Part shown: one piece after another, positions 25,176 through 34,719 of the stretch
Layout of the letters: every line of letters starts with the position of its first letter
Numbering within the stretch: position 1 is the first letter of the stretch
Made by a program: the position numbers and the translations under genes
DNA from: Candidatus Merdivicinus intestinavium
GTDB taxonomy: Bacteria > Bacillota > Clostridia > Oscillospirales > Ruminococcaceae
Length of the DNA stretch: 64,000 bases
Assembly: GCA_018713245.1 (NCBI GenBank)
Contig: DVFM01000034.1
Coordinates: 3,835-67,834 of the forward strand
Reading direction: 5' to 3'
Notes under the pieces: generated by a model
Told to the model about the DNA's origin: nothing
What the model saw: the letters and a program-made list of their open reading frames with translations, nothing else
Databases searched by the model: none

Positions 25176-25598
25176 GTGCTGATCGGCGAGTATCCCTGCA
25201 TTGTCGACGTGAAGGGCCGTCTCAATTTTCCCGCAAAGCTCCGGGAGGATCTGGGGGAACGCTTCCTTTTGTCCAAAGGCCTGGGCGACCGCTGCCTGTG
25301 CGTCTATTCCCTGGAAGAATGGGAGCGGCGCCGGCAGAAGCTGTCCTCCCTCCCGTCCGCCGAAATGTACGCGCTCCAGCGTTACCTGTTTTCCAGCGCC
25401 GCCGAGGTGGAGCCGGACAAGCAGGGGCGGATCGTCATCCCCCAGGTGCTCCGGGATTTTATCCAGGTGGAGCGGGATGTGATGGTGGTCGGCGCAGACA
25501 ACCGCTGTGAAATCTGGACCAAAAAAGACTGGGAGGAAACCCAGCAGCAGCTGAGCCCCGAATACATCCGGAGCCTTATCCAAAAGGCGGGCTTCTGA
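25176..25598 (+). CDS. mraZ: Transcriptional regulator MraZ
   Basis: GTG start. Two SpoVT/AbrB-like halves. Blocks VDVKGRLNFPAKLR and DKQGRIVIPQVLR. Confidence 0.9.
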   Translation: MLIGEYPCIVDVKGRLNFPAKLREDLGERFLLSKGLGDRCLCVYSLEEWERRRQKLSSLPSAEMYALQRYLFSSAAEVEPDKQGRIVIPQVLRDFIQVERDVMVVGADNRCEIWTKKDWEETQQQLSPEYIRSLIQKAGF

Positions 25599-25622
25599 GG
25601 GGCCCCGCGGAAGGAGGAAGGT

Positions 25623-26564
25623 ATGGAGTTTCAGCATATTCCGGTCATGCTGGAAGCCTGCATGGACGGGCTGAATATCCGGCCGGACGGGATTTATGTG
25701 GACGGGACGGCCGGCGGCGGCGGGCATTCCTCCGAGATTGCGCGCAGGCTGAAGGGCGGGCGTCTCATCGCCCTGGACCAGGACCCCGACGCGGTGGCCG
25801 CCGCTTCGGAACGGCTGGCGGAGTTTCCCCAGGCGCAGGTCGTCCGGGCAAACTTCCGCGATATGCGCCAGGTGCTGGACGGGCTGGGAATTGCCCGGGC
25901 GGACGGAATCCTGCTGGATTTGGGGGTTTCGTCCCATCAGCTGGACACCGCGGAGCGCGGGTTTTCCTACCTGAAGGACGCCCCGCTGGACATGCGAATG
26001 TCTCAGGAGGGGCCCAGCGCGAAGGATTTGGTCAATTCGGCCCCGGTTTCCGAACTTGCCCGCATCCTGCGGGAGTACGGGGAGGAGAAATTCGCTCTGC
26101 GCATCGCCCAGAATATCGCCCGGCGGCGGGAGGAAGCCCCCATCGAGCGGACGCTGGAGCTGGCGGAGATTATCAAAGCCTCCATGCCCGCGGCGGCGCG
26201 GCGGGAGAAAAACCCCTGCAAGCGTTCCTTCCAGGCGCTGCGGATCGCGGTAAACTCGGAACTGGACGCGCTTTCCCAGGGGATTGACACGGCGTTCGAT
26301 TCCCTGGCGGAGGGAGGAAGGCTCTGCATCATCACCTTCCACTCGCTGGAGGACCGGATGGTCAAGCAAAAATTCGCGGCGCTGTGCCGCGGCTGCATCT
26401 GCCCGCCGGATTTCCCGGTCTGCGTCTGCGGCCACACCCCGGAGGGCCAGCTCCCCACCCGGAAGCCCATCCTCCCCGACGAAAATGAGCTGGCGGTCAA
26501 CCGCCGCAGCCAGAGCGCAAAGCTCCGGATCATCGAAAAAATCAAGGACCGTCAGCCGGACTGA
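25623..26564 (+). CDS. rsmH: 16S rRNA (cytosine1402-N4)-methyltransferase
   Basis: HIPVMLEA, DGTAGGGGHS, DLGVSSHQLD, FHSLEDRMVK. AAGGAGGAAG RBS. Confidence 0.9.
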   Translation: MEFQHIPVMLEACMDGLNIRPDGIYVDGTAGGGGHSSEIARRLKGGRLIALDQDPDAVAAASERLAEFPQAQVVRANFRDMRQVLDGLGIARADGILLDLGVSSHQLDTAERGFSYLKDAPLDMRMSQEGPSAKDLVNSAPVSELARILREYGEEKFALRIAQNIARRREEAPIERTLELAEIIKASMPAAARREKNPCKRSFQALRIAVNSELDALSQGIDTAFDSLAEGGRLCIITFHSLEDRMVKQKFAALCRGCICPPDFPVCVCGHTPEGQLPTRKPILPDENELAVNRRSQSAKLRIIEKIKDRQPD

Positions 26565-26607
26565 CCGCCCTTGCGGAATGTGACGACAGAAATGAGGCGT
26601 TTTTCGT

Positions 26608-27057
26608 ATGACACAAAAGTCCAACCTGGCTTATGATCTGCAGCGCTTTGAAGAACGGGCGCCGGAAACCAATGTGCGGGCCAGCATTACGGTCCGCCGG
26701 GAAAGAACGGTCCATCCGGTCAAAATTATCGCGGTGGCCGTCCTGGCGCTGATGATGGGGTTTACCCTCCTGTACAGCAGGGTGGTAATCACCGAGCTGA
26801 ACAGCCAGATTGCCGAAAAGCAGGCTGAGCTGGAAACGCTCAAGGCGGAAAACGTCCGGATGCAGACAGAGCTGGAAGGGCGGATGTCCCTGACGGAGAT
26901 TGAAAACACGGCCGTCGGGGAATACGGCATGGTCAAGCCCGACAACTCCCAGGTGAGCTATGTCCAGCTGGAGCAGGAAAACAAGCTGGAGGCCGCCGAG
27001 AAGGAAGAGAATATTTTTGAGAAAATCGTCAATTACGTCAAGGATCTGTTCCGGTAA
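26608..27057 (+). CDS. ftsL: Cell division protein FtsL-like
   Basis: Position between rsmH and the PBP gene. One TM helix followed by a coiled coil (ELNSQIAEKQAELETLKAEN). Confidence 0.65.
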   Translation: MTQKSNLAYDLQRFEERAPETNVRASITVRRERTVHPVKIIAVAVLALMMGFTLLYSRVVITELNSQIAEKQAELETLKAENVRMQTELEGRMSLTEIENTAVGEYGMVKPDNSQVSYVQLEQENKLEAAEKEENIFEKIVNYVKDLFR

Positions 27058-27118
27058 AGCGCAGCGCTCCCGGACAGGCCGGGCTTGCGAAAATACGGCC
27101 GGTAATTTGAAAAAGGCT

Positions 27119-27147
27119 GCATAAAAAGGCGCGCGATTCCATACATA
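27119..27147 (+). promoter_or_regulatory. Candidate sigma-E-type promoter upstream of the class B PBP gene
   Basis: GCATAAA, exactly 14 nt, CATACATA, about 75 nt upstream of ATG 27221. Good match to the sigma-E consensus as I recall it (xxATAxx-14-CATACAxT). Confidence 0.45.
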
Positions 27148-27220
27148 TCAAATGGCGGGAGGTTGAGATGGAAAAGTCTTAACCTCTTCTTGTTATCATG
27201 AATGAAAGGGGAAGTGAAGG

Positions 27221-29488
27221 ATGGCGGACGGAGCGGGGAAAAAGCTGAAGCTGCGGACCATTGCGATCTGCTGTTTCATGGTGTTGTTATTAAGCTGGGT
27301 TTTATATAACCTGGTGTACAGATCCCTCGTCACCGGAGAAGAGCTGAAGGCCCGTGCAGCGGAGCAGCAGCTCCAGGACGTGAGCATTACGGCGAACCGC
27401 GGGACAATCTATGACAGCAATATGAACGTGCTGGCCCAGAGCGCCACGGTCTGGGATGTCATCCTTTCACCCAAGGATTTTTATGCGGCGAAAAACGAAC
27501 TGAAAGGCGAGAACGGCGAGGCGGCCACCCAGGCGGAAAAGGACGCCTACGAACGCACCATGATCGAGGGGCTGGCCGAGATTCTGGATGTGGAAACCTC
27601 CTCCATCGAGGAGCATCTGACCCACACCGAGAGCATGTACCGGGAAATCAGCCGCAAGGTGGTCAAAAGCGTTGCCGACGAGGTGACGGCTTTCGTAGCG
27701 GAAAACGACATCGCCGGCGTTTACCTCCAGGTCAACACCAAACGGTTTTACCCCTACGACGACCTGGCTTCCAGCGTCATCGGCTTTACAAACTATGACA
27801 ACCAGGGCGTCTACGGCCTGGAGGCGGAATACGACGAGGTCCTCTCCGGCACCCCGGGGCGGCAGATTTCCGCCAAAAACGCGGTGGGCGAAACCATGCC
27901 CACCACCTATGAGCAGTATTATCCCGCCCAGGACGGGAATTCCCTGGTCCTCACCATCGACCAGGTCATCCAGCATTACCTGGAAAAGACGCTGGACGCC
28001 ACCATCGCCCAGCATAAGCCGGCAGAGGGCGCGGCGGGCATCGTCATGGACGTCAACACCGGCGCTATCCTGGCTATGGCTTCCATGCCCAATTACGACC
28101 TGAACGAGCCCTATATTATCACCGACGAGGCCGCTGCCGCCGCCATCGACGCCATGGAGGACGGCGAAGTCAAAACCGAGGCCCTTGCCGCCGCCCGGGA
28201 AAAGCAGTGGAAAAACAAAACGGTTACCGACATCTATGAGCCTGGCTCCGTGTTCAAGGTCGTGACGGCCTCCGCGGCGCTGGAGGAGGGCGCGGCCACC
28301 GTCAATTCTACCTACAACTGCACCGGGTCGGTGATGGTGGACGGGTGGCCCTATCCCATCCACTGTCACGACCACGCGGGCCACGGGCTCCAGAACTTTA
28401 CCGAAGCGGTGGTCAATTCCTGCAACCCCGCCTTCATCTCCATCGGCCAGGCGCTGGGTTCCGGGCGGTTTTTCCGCTATTTTGACGCCTTCGGCCTGAC
28501 CGAGCGCACCGGCATCGACCTTCCGGCGGAAGCCCAGAACAGCTACTATACCGAAGAACGGCTCAACGCCGTCAGCCTGGCTTCCTGCTCCTTCGGACAG
28601 TCCAACACCGTCACCCCCATCCAGATGATTACGGCGGCCTCCGCCGCTGTCAACGGCGGAAAACTGCTGACGCCGCACGTTGTCAGCAAAATTCTCGACT
28701 CGGATGGGAATACGGTAGAGGAATTCGGCACAGAGGTCCGCCGCCAGGTGATTTCGGAGGAAACTTCCGAGACCATGTGCGGCATCCTGGAACAGGTGGT
28801 TTCCGCCAACGGCGGCACCAACGCCTACGTGAAGGGCTACCGCATCGGCGGCAAATCGGGCACCGCCCAGAAGCTGAACAAGGAAGAGGACGTCTACATC
28901 TACTCCTTCTTCGCTTTCGCGCCGGTGGACGACCCGCAGGTGGCCTGCCTCATTCTGGTGGATGAGGCGACGTCCGGCGCCTCCTACGCGAATACGGTTG
29001 TGGCCCCCGCGGTCGCTTCCCTGATGGCGGACCTGCTGCCCTATCTGGGCGTGCAGCCCCAGTATTCCGAGGAGGATGAAAAGACCCAGGACGTCAGCGT
29101 CCCCGGCGGCCTGATCGGGCGGGATTCCGCCACGGCGGAAAGCCGGCTGCTGGCCCAGGGCCTTGACTGCACCGTTATCGGCAGCGGCACCGACGTGGTG
29201 AGCGTCTATCCCGAATCCGGCACCAAGGTGGCCGGCGGGAGCACCGTAATCCTTTACACCGACGACCGCGATATGGAAACCGTGACGGTGCCGGACGTTG
29301 TGGGGCTCACGCCGTCCCAGGCGAACCAGCAGCTCACCAACGCGGGCCTGAACATCCGCATTACCGGCGGCGCCGCCCAGAACACCAGCGCCCGGGTCGC
29401 AAGCCAGGACACCGAAGCGGGCTCCACGGTCCCCAGGGGGACGGTGGTCACCATCGAGTGCCTGATCCAGGGCGAGGACGGGGAGTAA
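27221..29488 (+). CDS. spoVD: Class B penicillin-binding protein with two C-terminal PASTA domains (SpoVD/PBP2B type)
   Basis: Transpeptidase motifs SVFK (SxxK), SCN (SxN) and KSGT (KTG-like). Two PASTA repeats at the C-terminus. The gene symbol rests on the sigma-E-like promoter and position; the product class is secure. Confidence 0.85.
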   Translation: MADGAGKKLKLRTIAICCFMVLLLSWVLYNLVYRSLVTGEELKARAAEQQLQDVSITANRGTIYDSNMNVLAQSATVWDVILSPKDFYAAKNELKGENGEAATQAEKDAYERTMIEGLAEILDVETSSIEEHLTHTESMYREISRKVVKSVADEVTAFVAENDIAGVYLQVNTKRFYPYDDLASSVIGFTNYDNQGVYGLEAEYDEVLSGTPGRQISAKNAVGETMPTTYEQYYPAQDGNSLVLTIDQVIQHYLEKTLDATIAQHKPAEGAAGIVMDVNTGAILAMASMPNYDLNEPYIITDEAAAAAIDAMEDGEVKTEALAAAREKQWKNKTVTDIYEPGSVFKVVTASAALEEGAATVNSTYNCTGSVMVDGWPYPIHCHDHAGHGLQNFTEAVVNSCNPAFISIGQALGSGRFFRYFDAFGLTERTGIDLPAEAQNSYYTEERLNAVSLASCSFGQSNTVTPIQMITAASAAVNGGKLLTPHVVSKILDSDGNTVEEFGTEVRRQVISEETSETMCGILEQVVSANGGTNAYVKGYRIGGKSGTAQKLNKEEDVYIYSFFAFAPVDDPQVACLILVDEATSGASYANTVVAPAVASLMADLLPYLGVQPQYSEEDEKTQDVSVPGGLIGRDSATAESRLLAQGLDCTVIGSGTDVVSVYPESGTKVAGGSTVILYTDDRDMETVTVPDVVGLTPSQANQQLTNAGLNIRITGGAAQNTSARVASQDTEAGSTVPRGTVVTIECLIQGEDGE

Positions 29489-29511
29489 TCCCGGCTTGAG
29501 GAGGAATATCG

Positions 29512-30951
29512 ATGAAACTTTCAGAGCTTCTTGCCAATTTGGATATCCAAAGCCCCTATGAGGACCGGGAAGTCCGGGGAATGACCTGCGATTCCCGGCA
29601 GGCGGGCCCCGGCGACGTGTTTGTCTGCATCGCAGGCGGCACGGCGGACGGCCACAGCTTTGCCGGAAAGGCCCTGGAGCAGGGCGCGGCGGCTGTTGTC
29701 TGCCAGCGGGACCTGGGGCTGGCGGAACAGATTCTGGTCCCGGACACCCGCAAAGCCTACAGCCGGATGGCGGCCAACTTTTACGGCAACCCGTCCAGGC
29801 GGCTGCGGCTCATCGGCGTCACCGGGACCAAGGGAAAAAGCACCGTCACCACCCTCATCAAGGCGGTGCTGACGGCGGCCGGGAAAAAGGTGGGGCTCAT
29901 CGGCACCATCCAGAATGAAATCGGAGACGAGGCAATCCCCGCCGACAAGACCACCCCCGACGCCATGGAGCTGGAGGCCCTTTACCGGAAAATGGCCGAC
30001 GCGGACTGCGAATACTGCGTCATGGAGGTTTCCTCCCACGCTCTGGATCAGAACCGCATCGGCGACAGCCACTACGAGGCGGCCGTCTTTACGAACCTCA
30101 GCCACGAGCATCTGGATTATCACAAAACCATGGAAAATTACTTTGAAGCCAAGAAAAAGCTCTTTTCCATCTGCGATACGGCGGTAATCAATGTGGATGA
30201 TCCTTACGGGAGGCGGCTTGCGGAAAGCTGCGGCTGCCCTGTCCTCACCTTCTCCATGCAGGAGGAGGGAGCGGGGCTGCGGGCTTTCGACGTGCGCCAT
30301 CATCCCGACAGCGTGGACTTCCGTTTTGCCTATGAAGGGGTGGAGGGGAAGCTCGCTTTTGCCATGCCGGGGGATTTTTCGGTGCGCAACGCCCTGGCGG
30401 CCATGGGGGCCTGCCTCCAGCTGGGAGTCTGCCTGGACACCATCACCGGCGCGCTCCGGGGGGTGTCCGGCGTCCGGGGGCGGAATGAAATCATCCCCAC
30501 CGGGCGGGATTTCACCGTCATCTGCGACTACGCCCATTCCCCCGACAGCATCGAGAACATCCTCTCCGCCCTGAAGCAGACGGTAAAAGGGCGGCTGGTG
30601 GCCCTGTTCGGCTGCGGCGGGGACCGGGACCGCACCAAGCGCCCCCTGATGGGCGCGGCTGCGGCGGCCAACGCGGATTTCGTCTATGTCACCTCCGACA
30701 ACCCCCGCACCGAGGACCCGGAAGCCATTATCCGGGAAATCCTGCCGGGAGTGGAGGGGCACGGCACGCCTTATGCGGTGGTGCCGGACCGCCGGGAGGC
30801 CATCTTCCGGGCAATCCGGGAGGCGCAGCCCGGGGACACCATCGTCCTGTGCGGCAAGGGCCACGAGGATTACCAGGTAATCGGCCATGAAAAGCGCCAT
30901 TTTGACGAGCGGGAGGTCGTGGCGGAAGCGCTGGCGGCCCTGGATGCGTAA
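29512..30951 (+). CDS. murE: UDP-N-acetylmuramoyl-L-alanyl-D-glutamate--2,6-diaminopimelate ligase
   Basis: GVTGTKGKST P-loop. DNPR motif (SDNPRTEDP), typical of meso-DAP-adding MurE. Confidence 0.9.
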   Translation: MKLSELLANLDIQSPYEDREVRGMTCDSRQAGPGDVFVCIAGGTADGHSFAGKALEQGAAAVVCQRDLGLAEQILVPDTRKAYSRMAANFYGNPSRRLRLIGVTGTKGKSTVTTLIKAVLTAAGKKVGLIGTIQNEIGDEAIPADKTTPDAMELEALYRKMADADCEYCVMEVSSHALDQNRIGDSHYEAAVFTNLSHEHLDYHKTMENYFEAKKKLFSICDTAVINVDDPYGRRLAESCGCPVLTFSMQEEGAGLRAFDVRHHPDSVDFRFAYEGVEGKLAFAMPGDFSVRNALAAMGACLQLGVCLDTITGALRGVSGVRGRNEIIPTGRDFTVICDYAHSPDSIENILSALKQTVKGRLVALFGCGGDRDRTKRPLMGAAAAANADFVYVTSDNPRTEDPEAIIREILPGVEGHGTPYAVVPDRREAIFRAIREAQPGDTIVLCGKGHEDYQVIGHEKRHFDEREVVAEALAALDA

Positions 30952-30983
30952 AGGAATTTCGGACAGATAAAGGAGGCTTCCCT

Positions 30984-32351
30984 TTGGAAACAATGCAGCT
31001 TCGGCAGATAGCCGCGGCAGTCGGCGCGGAATGCGGCGAGGACCGCCCGATCACCGATGTGGTGACCGATACCGCGCAGGTGACGCCGGGCAGCCTGTTT
31101 GTCGCCCTGAAGGGCGAACGGTTCGACGGGCACGATTTCATCCCCAAGGCGGCGGAAGCCGGCGCGGCGGCCGTATTGAGCGAAAAGCCGCTGGATGCCG
31201 GCATCCCGGTGCTGGAGGTCCCCTCCACCCGGAAGGCGCTGGTGGAGCTGGCCCGCTATTACCGGGGGCTGTTCCACACCTTCGTTGTGGGGGTGACGGG
31301 CAGCGTGGGCAAGACGTCCACCAAGGACATGATCTGCGCGGTATTGCAGCAAAAAGGCAAGACCCTCAAAACCCTGGGCAATCTGAACAACGACATCGGC
31401 CTGCCCAAAACCCTGTTCCGGCTGGATTCCAGCTATAAAAACGCGGTCATTGAAATGGGCATGTCCCACATGGGGGAGATTGCGGTCCTCACCCGGGCGG
31501 CGCGGCCGAACGTGGGGGTCATTACCAACATCGGTGTTTCCCACATTGAAAACCTGGGCAGCCGGGAGAACATCCTGCGGGCCAAGCTGGAAATTACCGA
31601 GGGGATGAGCTCCAACGCGCCGCTGGTCCTCAACGCCGACGACAAGCTGCTGGCCGAGGTATATAACCAGGTGGAACGGGACATCATTTATTATGGAATT
31701 GACTCCGGCGCGGCGGACGTCCAGGCCTGCAACATTGCGGAGCAGGACGGCTCCACCGTCTTTAATGTGCGCTTTTACGGCAAAACCGTCACCGCCATGA
31801 TTCCCGTCCTGGGGAAACACAACGTTTACAACGCCCTGGCGGCCTTTTCGGTGGGGCTGGCGGCGGGGATGTCGCCGGCCGACATCGTGATGGGGCTGCG
31901 CGGCTACGAACCCACCGCCATGCGCCAGGACATTCACCATCTGGACAACGGCATGACGGTCATCGTGGACTGCTACAACGCGAGCCCCGATTCCATGAAA
32001 GCCTCCCTGAGCGTGCTGGGCTCCCTTCCCGCAAAGCGCCGGGTGGCGGTTCTGGGGGAAATGCTGGAGCTTGGGGACTACTCTGCCGAAATGCACCGGC
32101 AGGTGGGCCGGTACGCGGTGGAAAACCACGCCGACGCCCTTTTCTGCTACGGTTCCCACGCCGCCGAAATGCTGGAAGGGGCCCAGGCGGCGGGACACCT
32201 CTACTGCCGCAGCTTCGACACCAAGGAGGAGATGGCGGACTACCTGAAGCTCTGGCTCAAGCCCGGCGACGCCGTCCTTTACAAAGGCAGCCGGCGGCTC
32301 CGGCTGGAGGAAGTCGTTTCGGAGGTCCACGGCATCCCCGCCGGCCATTGA
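30984..32351 (+). CDS. murF: UDP-N-acetylmuramoyl-tripeptide--D-alanyl-D-alanine ligase
   Basis: TTG start 7 nt after AGGAGG. GVTGSVGKTSTKDM, NNDIGLP, EMGMSHMGEI. Confidence 0.9.
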   Translation: METMQLRQIAAAVGAECGEDRPITDVVTDTAQVTPGSLFVALKGERFDGHDFIPKAAEAGAAAVLSEKPLDAGIPVLEVPSTRKALVELARYYRGLFHTFVVGVTGSVGKTSTKDMICAVLQQKGKTLKTLGNLNNDIGLPKTLFRLDSSYKNAVIEMGMSHMGEIAVLTRAARPNVGVITNIGVSHIENLGSRENILRAKLEITEGMSSNAPLVLNADDKLLAEVYNQVERDIIYYGIDSGAADVQACNIAEQDGSTVFNVRFYGKTVTAMIPVLGKHNVYNALAAFSVGLAAGMSPADIVMGLRGYEPTAMRQDIHHLDNGMTVIVDCYNASPDSMKASLSVLGSLPAKRRVAVLGEMLELGDYSAEMHRQVGRYAVENHADALFCYGSHAAEMLEGAQAAGHLYCRSFDTKEEMADYLKLWLKPGDAVLYKGSRRLRLEEVVSEVHGIPAGH

Positions 32352-32387
32352 CGGCAAGAACAAAAAAGATGAAGGCAGGTTGACAGT

Positions 32388-33389
32388 ATGGAGAGCATCA
32401 GCTGTTTTGCCGCGGCATTGGCCGCCTTTGCGGTCAGCGCGGTTTCCGGCAAATTCCTGATCCCCTTTTTGCGGAAAATCAAATTCGGCCAGACAATCAA
32501 GGACATCGGCCCCGTCTGGCATAAAAACAAGCAGGGCACCCCCAATATGGGCGGGTTCATGTTTATCATCGGTTCGGCGGCGGGCATCCTCATCGGGTAT
32601 CTGATTTACCGTGCAGGCGGCGGCGCGCCCCTCGGTTCGGTGGGCGGCGTGAAGCTGTTCGGCGGGCTGGGGCTGGCGCTGGGCTGCGGCTTTATCGGCT
32701 TTCTGGACGACTACATCAAGGACGTGAAGAAGCAGAACCTGGGCCTGCGGGCAAAGCAGAAGCTCGCTTTGCAGCTGGTGGTGGCGGTGGCTTACCTGGC
32801 GGCCGTCTATCTGGCGGGGGACACCTCCACCGTGGTGATTTTCCCCTTTATCGGCCAGCTGGACCTGGGGATTTTCTACTATATTCTGGCGGTGCTCTTC
32901 ATTTTATTTATCTCCAACGCCGTGAACCTCACCGACGGCATTGACGGGCTGGCGGGGTCGGTGACCTTTGTGGTCTGCCTGGCGGCGCTGGTGATGGCGG
33001 GGCTTTTGCAGCAGAACGGGATGGGCCTCTATTCCGCGGCGCTGGCCGGCGGCATCCTGGGCTTTTTGATTTACAACTTTTATCCGGCCAAGGTGTTCAT
33101 GGGGGACACCGGCTCCATGTTCCTGGGCGGGTCGGTGCTGGCGCTGGGCTTCGGGCTCAACCTCCCGGTGCTCATTGCCGTTTTCGGCATCATTTACGTC
33201 ATCGAGGCGCTGTCGGTGATTTTGCAGGTCATCAGCTTCCAGACCACCGGCAAGCGCATCTTCAAAATGAGTCCCATCCATCATCATTTTGAGATGTGCG
33301 GGTGGAGCGAAAAGAAAATCGTGGGGGTATTTTCTCTGGTGACGCTGGTGGGATGCGTGATTTCCGTCGTCGCCGTATTCAACATCTGA
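32388..33389 (+). CDS. mraY: Phospho-N-acetylmuramoyl-pentapeptide transferase
   Basis: KQGTPNMGG, NAVNLTDGIDGLA, VFMGDTGS, PIHHHFE. Confidence 0.9.
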   Translation: MESISCFAAALAAFAVSAVSGKFLIPFLRKIKFGQTIKDIGPVWHKNKQGTPNMGGFMFIIGSAAGILIGYLIYRAGGGAPLGSVGGVKLFGGLGLALGCGFIGFLDDYIKDVKKQNLGLRAKQKLALQLVVAVAYLAAVYLAGDTSTVVIFPFIGQLDLGIFYYILAVLFILFISNAVNLTDGIDGLAGSVTFVVCLAALVMAGLLQQNGMGLYSAALAGGILGFLIYNFYPAKVFMGDTGSMFLGGSVLALGFGLNLPVLIAVFGIIYVIEALSVILQVISFQTTGKRIFKMSPIHHHFEMCGWSEKKIVGVFSLVTLVGCVISVVAVFNI

Positions 33390-33422
33390 CCCCCCCAGAG
33401 CCTGTGAAGAGGAGGGAAACCA

Positions 33423-34709
33423 TTGATTCATTCCAATGCACGCCGGGAGAGTGCCCGAAGCAGAAAGCGGAAGGCGCCTCCCGCCATGAAAAAGCCGCGC
33501 CGCTCCGGTCTGACCGGCCTGCTGAACCTTTCCGCCCGGGAAGGGGAAGAAGCGCCCAAGCGCGGGCGGATGGATATTTCCTTCTTTTTCCTGGTCATTG
33601 TGCTCCAGACCATCGGGCTCATCATGCTGTTTTCGGCCAGCTATGTGACCGCCCTCCGGGAGGAGGGGAGCAGCCTTTACTACGTTTTCCGCCAGTCCGT
33701 CTATGTGATCGTGGGGTTTATCGCCATGATCGCCCTGTCCTACTTTGACTACCACTGGTGGCGGAAGCTCAAATGGCTCGCCTACGGGGTGGGCATGGTG
33801 CTGATGGTGGCGGCGCTCTTTTTCAAAGGCGTCGCAGGCGCGAAGCGGTGGGTGTATATCGGGCCGCTCAGCATCCAGCCCTCCGAGATTATGAAATTCG
33901 TCGTGGCGGTGGTCTGCGCCCACCTGATTGCCGCCAATTATAAGCGGATGAAGCAGCTTCGGTACGGCTTCTGGCCCTTTGTCATTGTCCTTGCGCCGGT
34001 GCTGGGGCTGATGCTGCTCCAGCGCCACCTGTCGGGCTTGGTGATTATCGCCCTCATCGCCGGGACGATGATGTTCATCGGCGGCAGCCGGTTCCGGTGG
34101 TTTGCCACCATTATCGCCATCGCCGCGGTGGGTCTCGGGCTGCTGACGGTGTTTGTGGGCTTCGGCACCATGTTCGGCTATGTGGAGCCCCGGCTGGAAG
34201 CCTGGCTGGACCCGCTGTCCGGCAGCATCCAGGGCACCAAATGGCAGACGGCCCAGGGCCTTTTCGCCATCGGCTCCGGCGGCCTGTTCGGCGTGGGGCT
34301 GGGCAATTCCACCCAGAAGCACCTGTACGTCTCCGAACCGCAGAACGACATGATTTTTTCCATTGTCTGCGAGGAGCTGGGCTTTGTGGGAGCGGTCGTC
34401 ATCATCCTGCTGTTTATCCTGCTGGTGTATTCCGGCTTTTCCATCGCCATGCGCGCCCCCGACAAGTTCGGCTGCATGCTGGCCATCGGCCTGACTTCTC
34501 AGGTGGGATGGCAGGCGCTGCTCAATATCGCCGTTGTGACCAACTCCATCCCCAATACCGGCATTTCCCTCCCCTTCTTCAGCGCGGGGGGGTCGGCCCT
34601 GACCATGCTGCTGGCGCAGATGGGGGTCATCCTCAACATCTCCCGGTACTGCCGAAAGAGCGGCGAACCGGAGGAAGAGGAGAAGGCGAAGGACAAAATT
34701 GTGAAATAA
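33423..34709 (+). CDS. ftsW: FtsW/SpoVE-family peptidoglycan glycosyltransferase (SEDS)
   Basis: TTG start after GGAGGG. SEDS blocks QPSEIMKF, GLGNSTQK, LPEPQNDMIF-like (SEPQNDMIFS), PNTGISLPFFSAGGSA. Confidence 0.85.
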   Translation: MIHSNARRESARSRKRKAPPAMKKPRRSGLTGLLNLSAREGEEAPKRGRMDISFFFLVIVLQTIGLIMLFSASYVTALREEGSSLYYVFRQSVYVIVGFIAMIALSYFDYHWWRKLKWLAYGVGMVLMVAALFFKGVAGAKRWVYIGPLSIQPSEIMKFVVAVVCAHLIAANYKRMKQLRYGFWPFVIVLAPVLGLMLLQRHLSGLVIIALIAGTMMFIGGSRFRWFATIIAIAAVGLGLLTVFVGFGTMFGYVEPRLEAWLDPLSGSIQGTKWQTAQGLFAIGSGGLFGVGLGNSTQKHLYVSEPQNDMIFSIVCEELGFVGAVVIILLFILLVYSGFSIAMRAPDKFGCMLAIGLTSQVGWQALLNIAVVTNSIPNTGISLPFFSAGGSALTMLLAQMGVILNISRYCRKSGEPEEEEKAKDKIVK

Positions 34710-34719
34710 GGTGAACGCT

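Noticed and set aside
25088-25510. 140-aa ORF overlapping mraZ in another frame
   Set aside because: Arg/Gly/Pro-rich. mraZ in the alternative frame has the conserved duplicated SpoVT/AbrB motifs.
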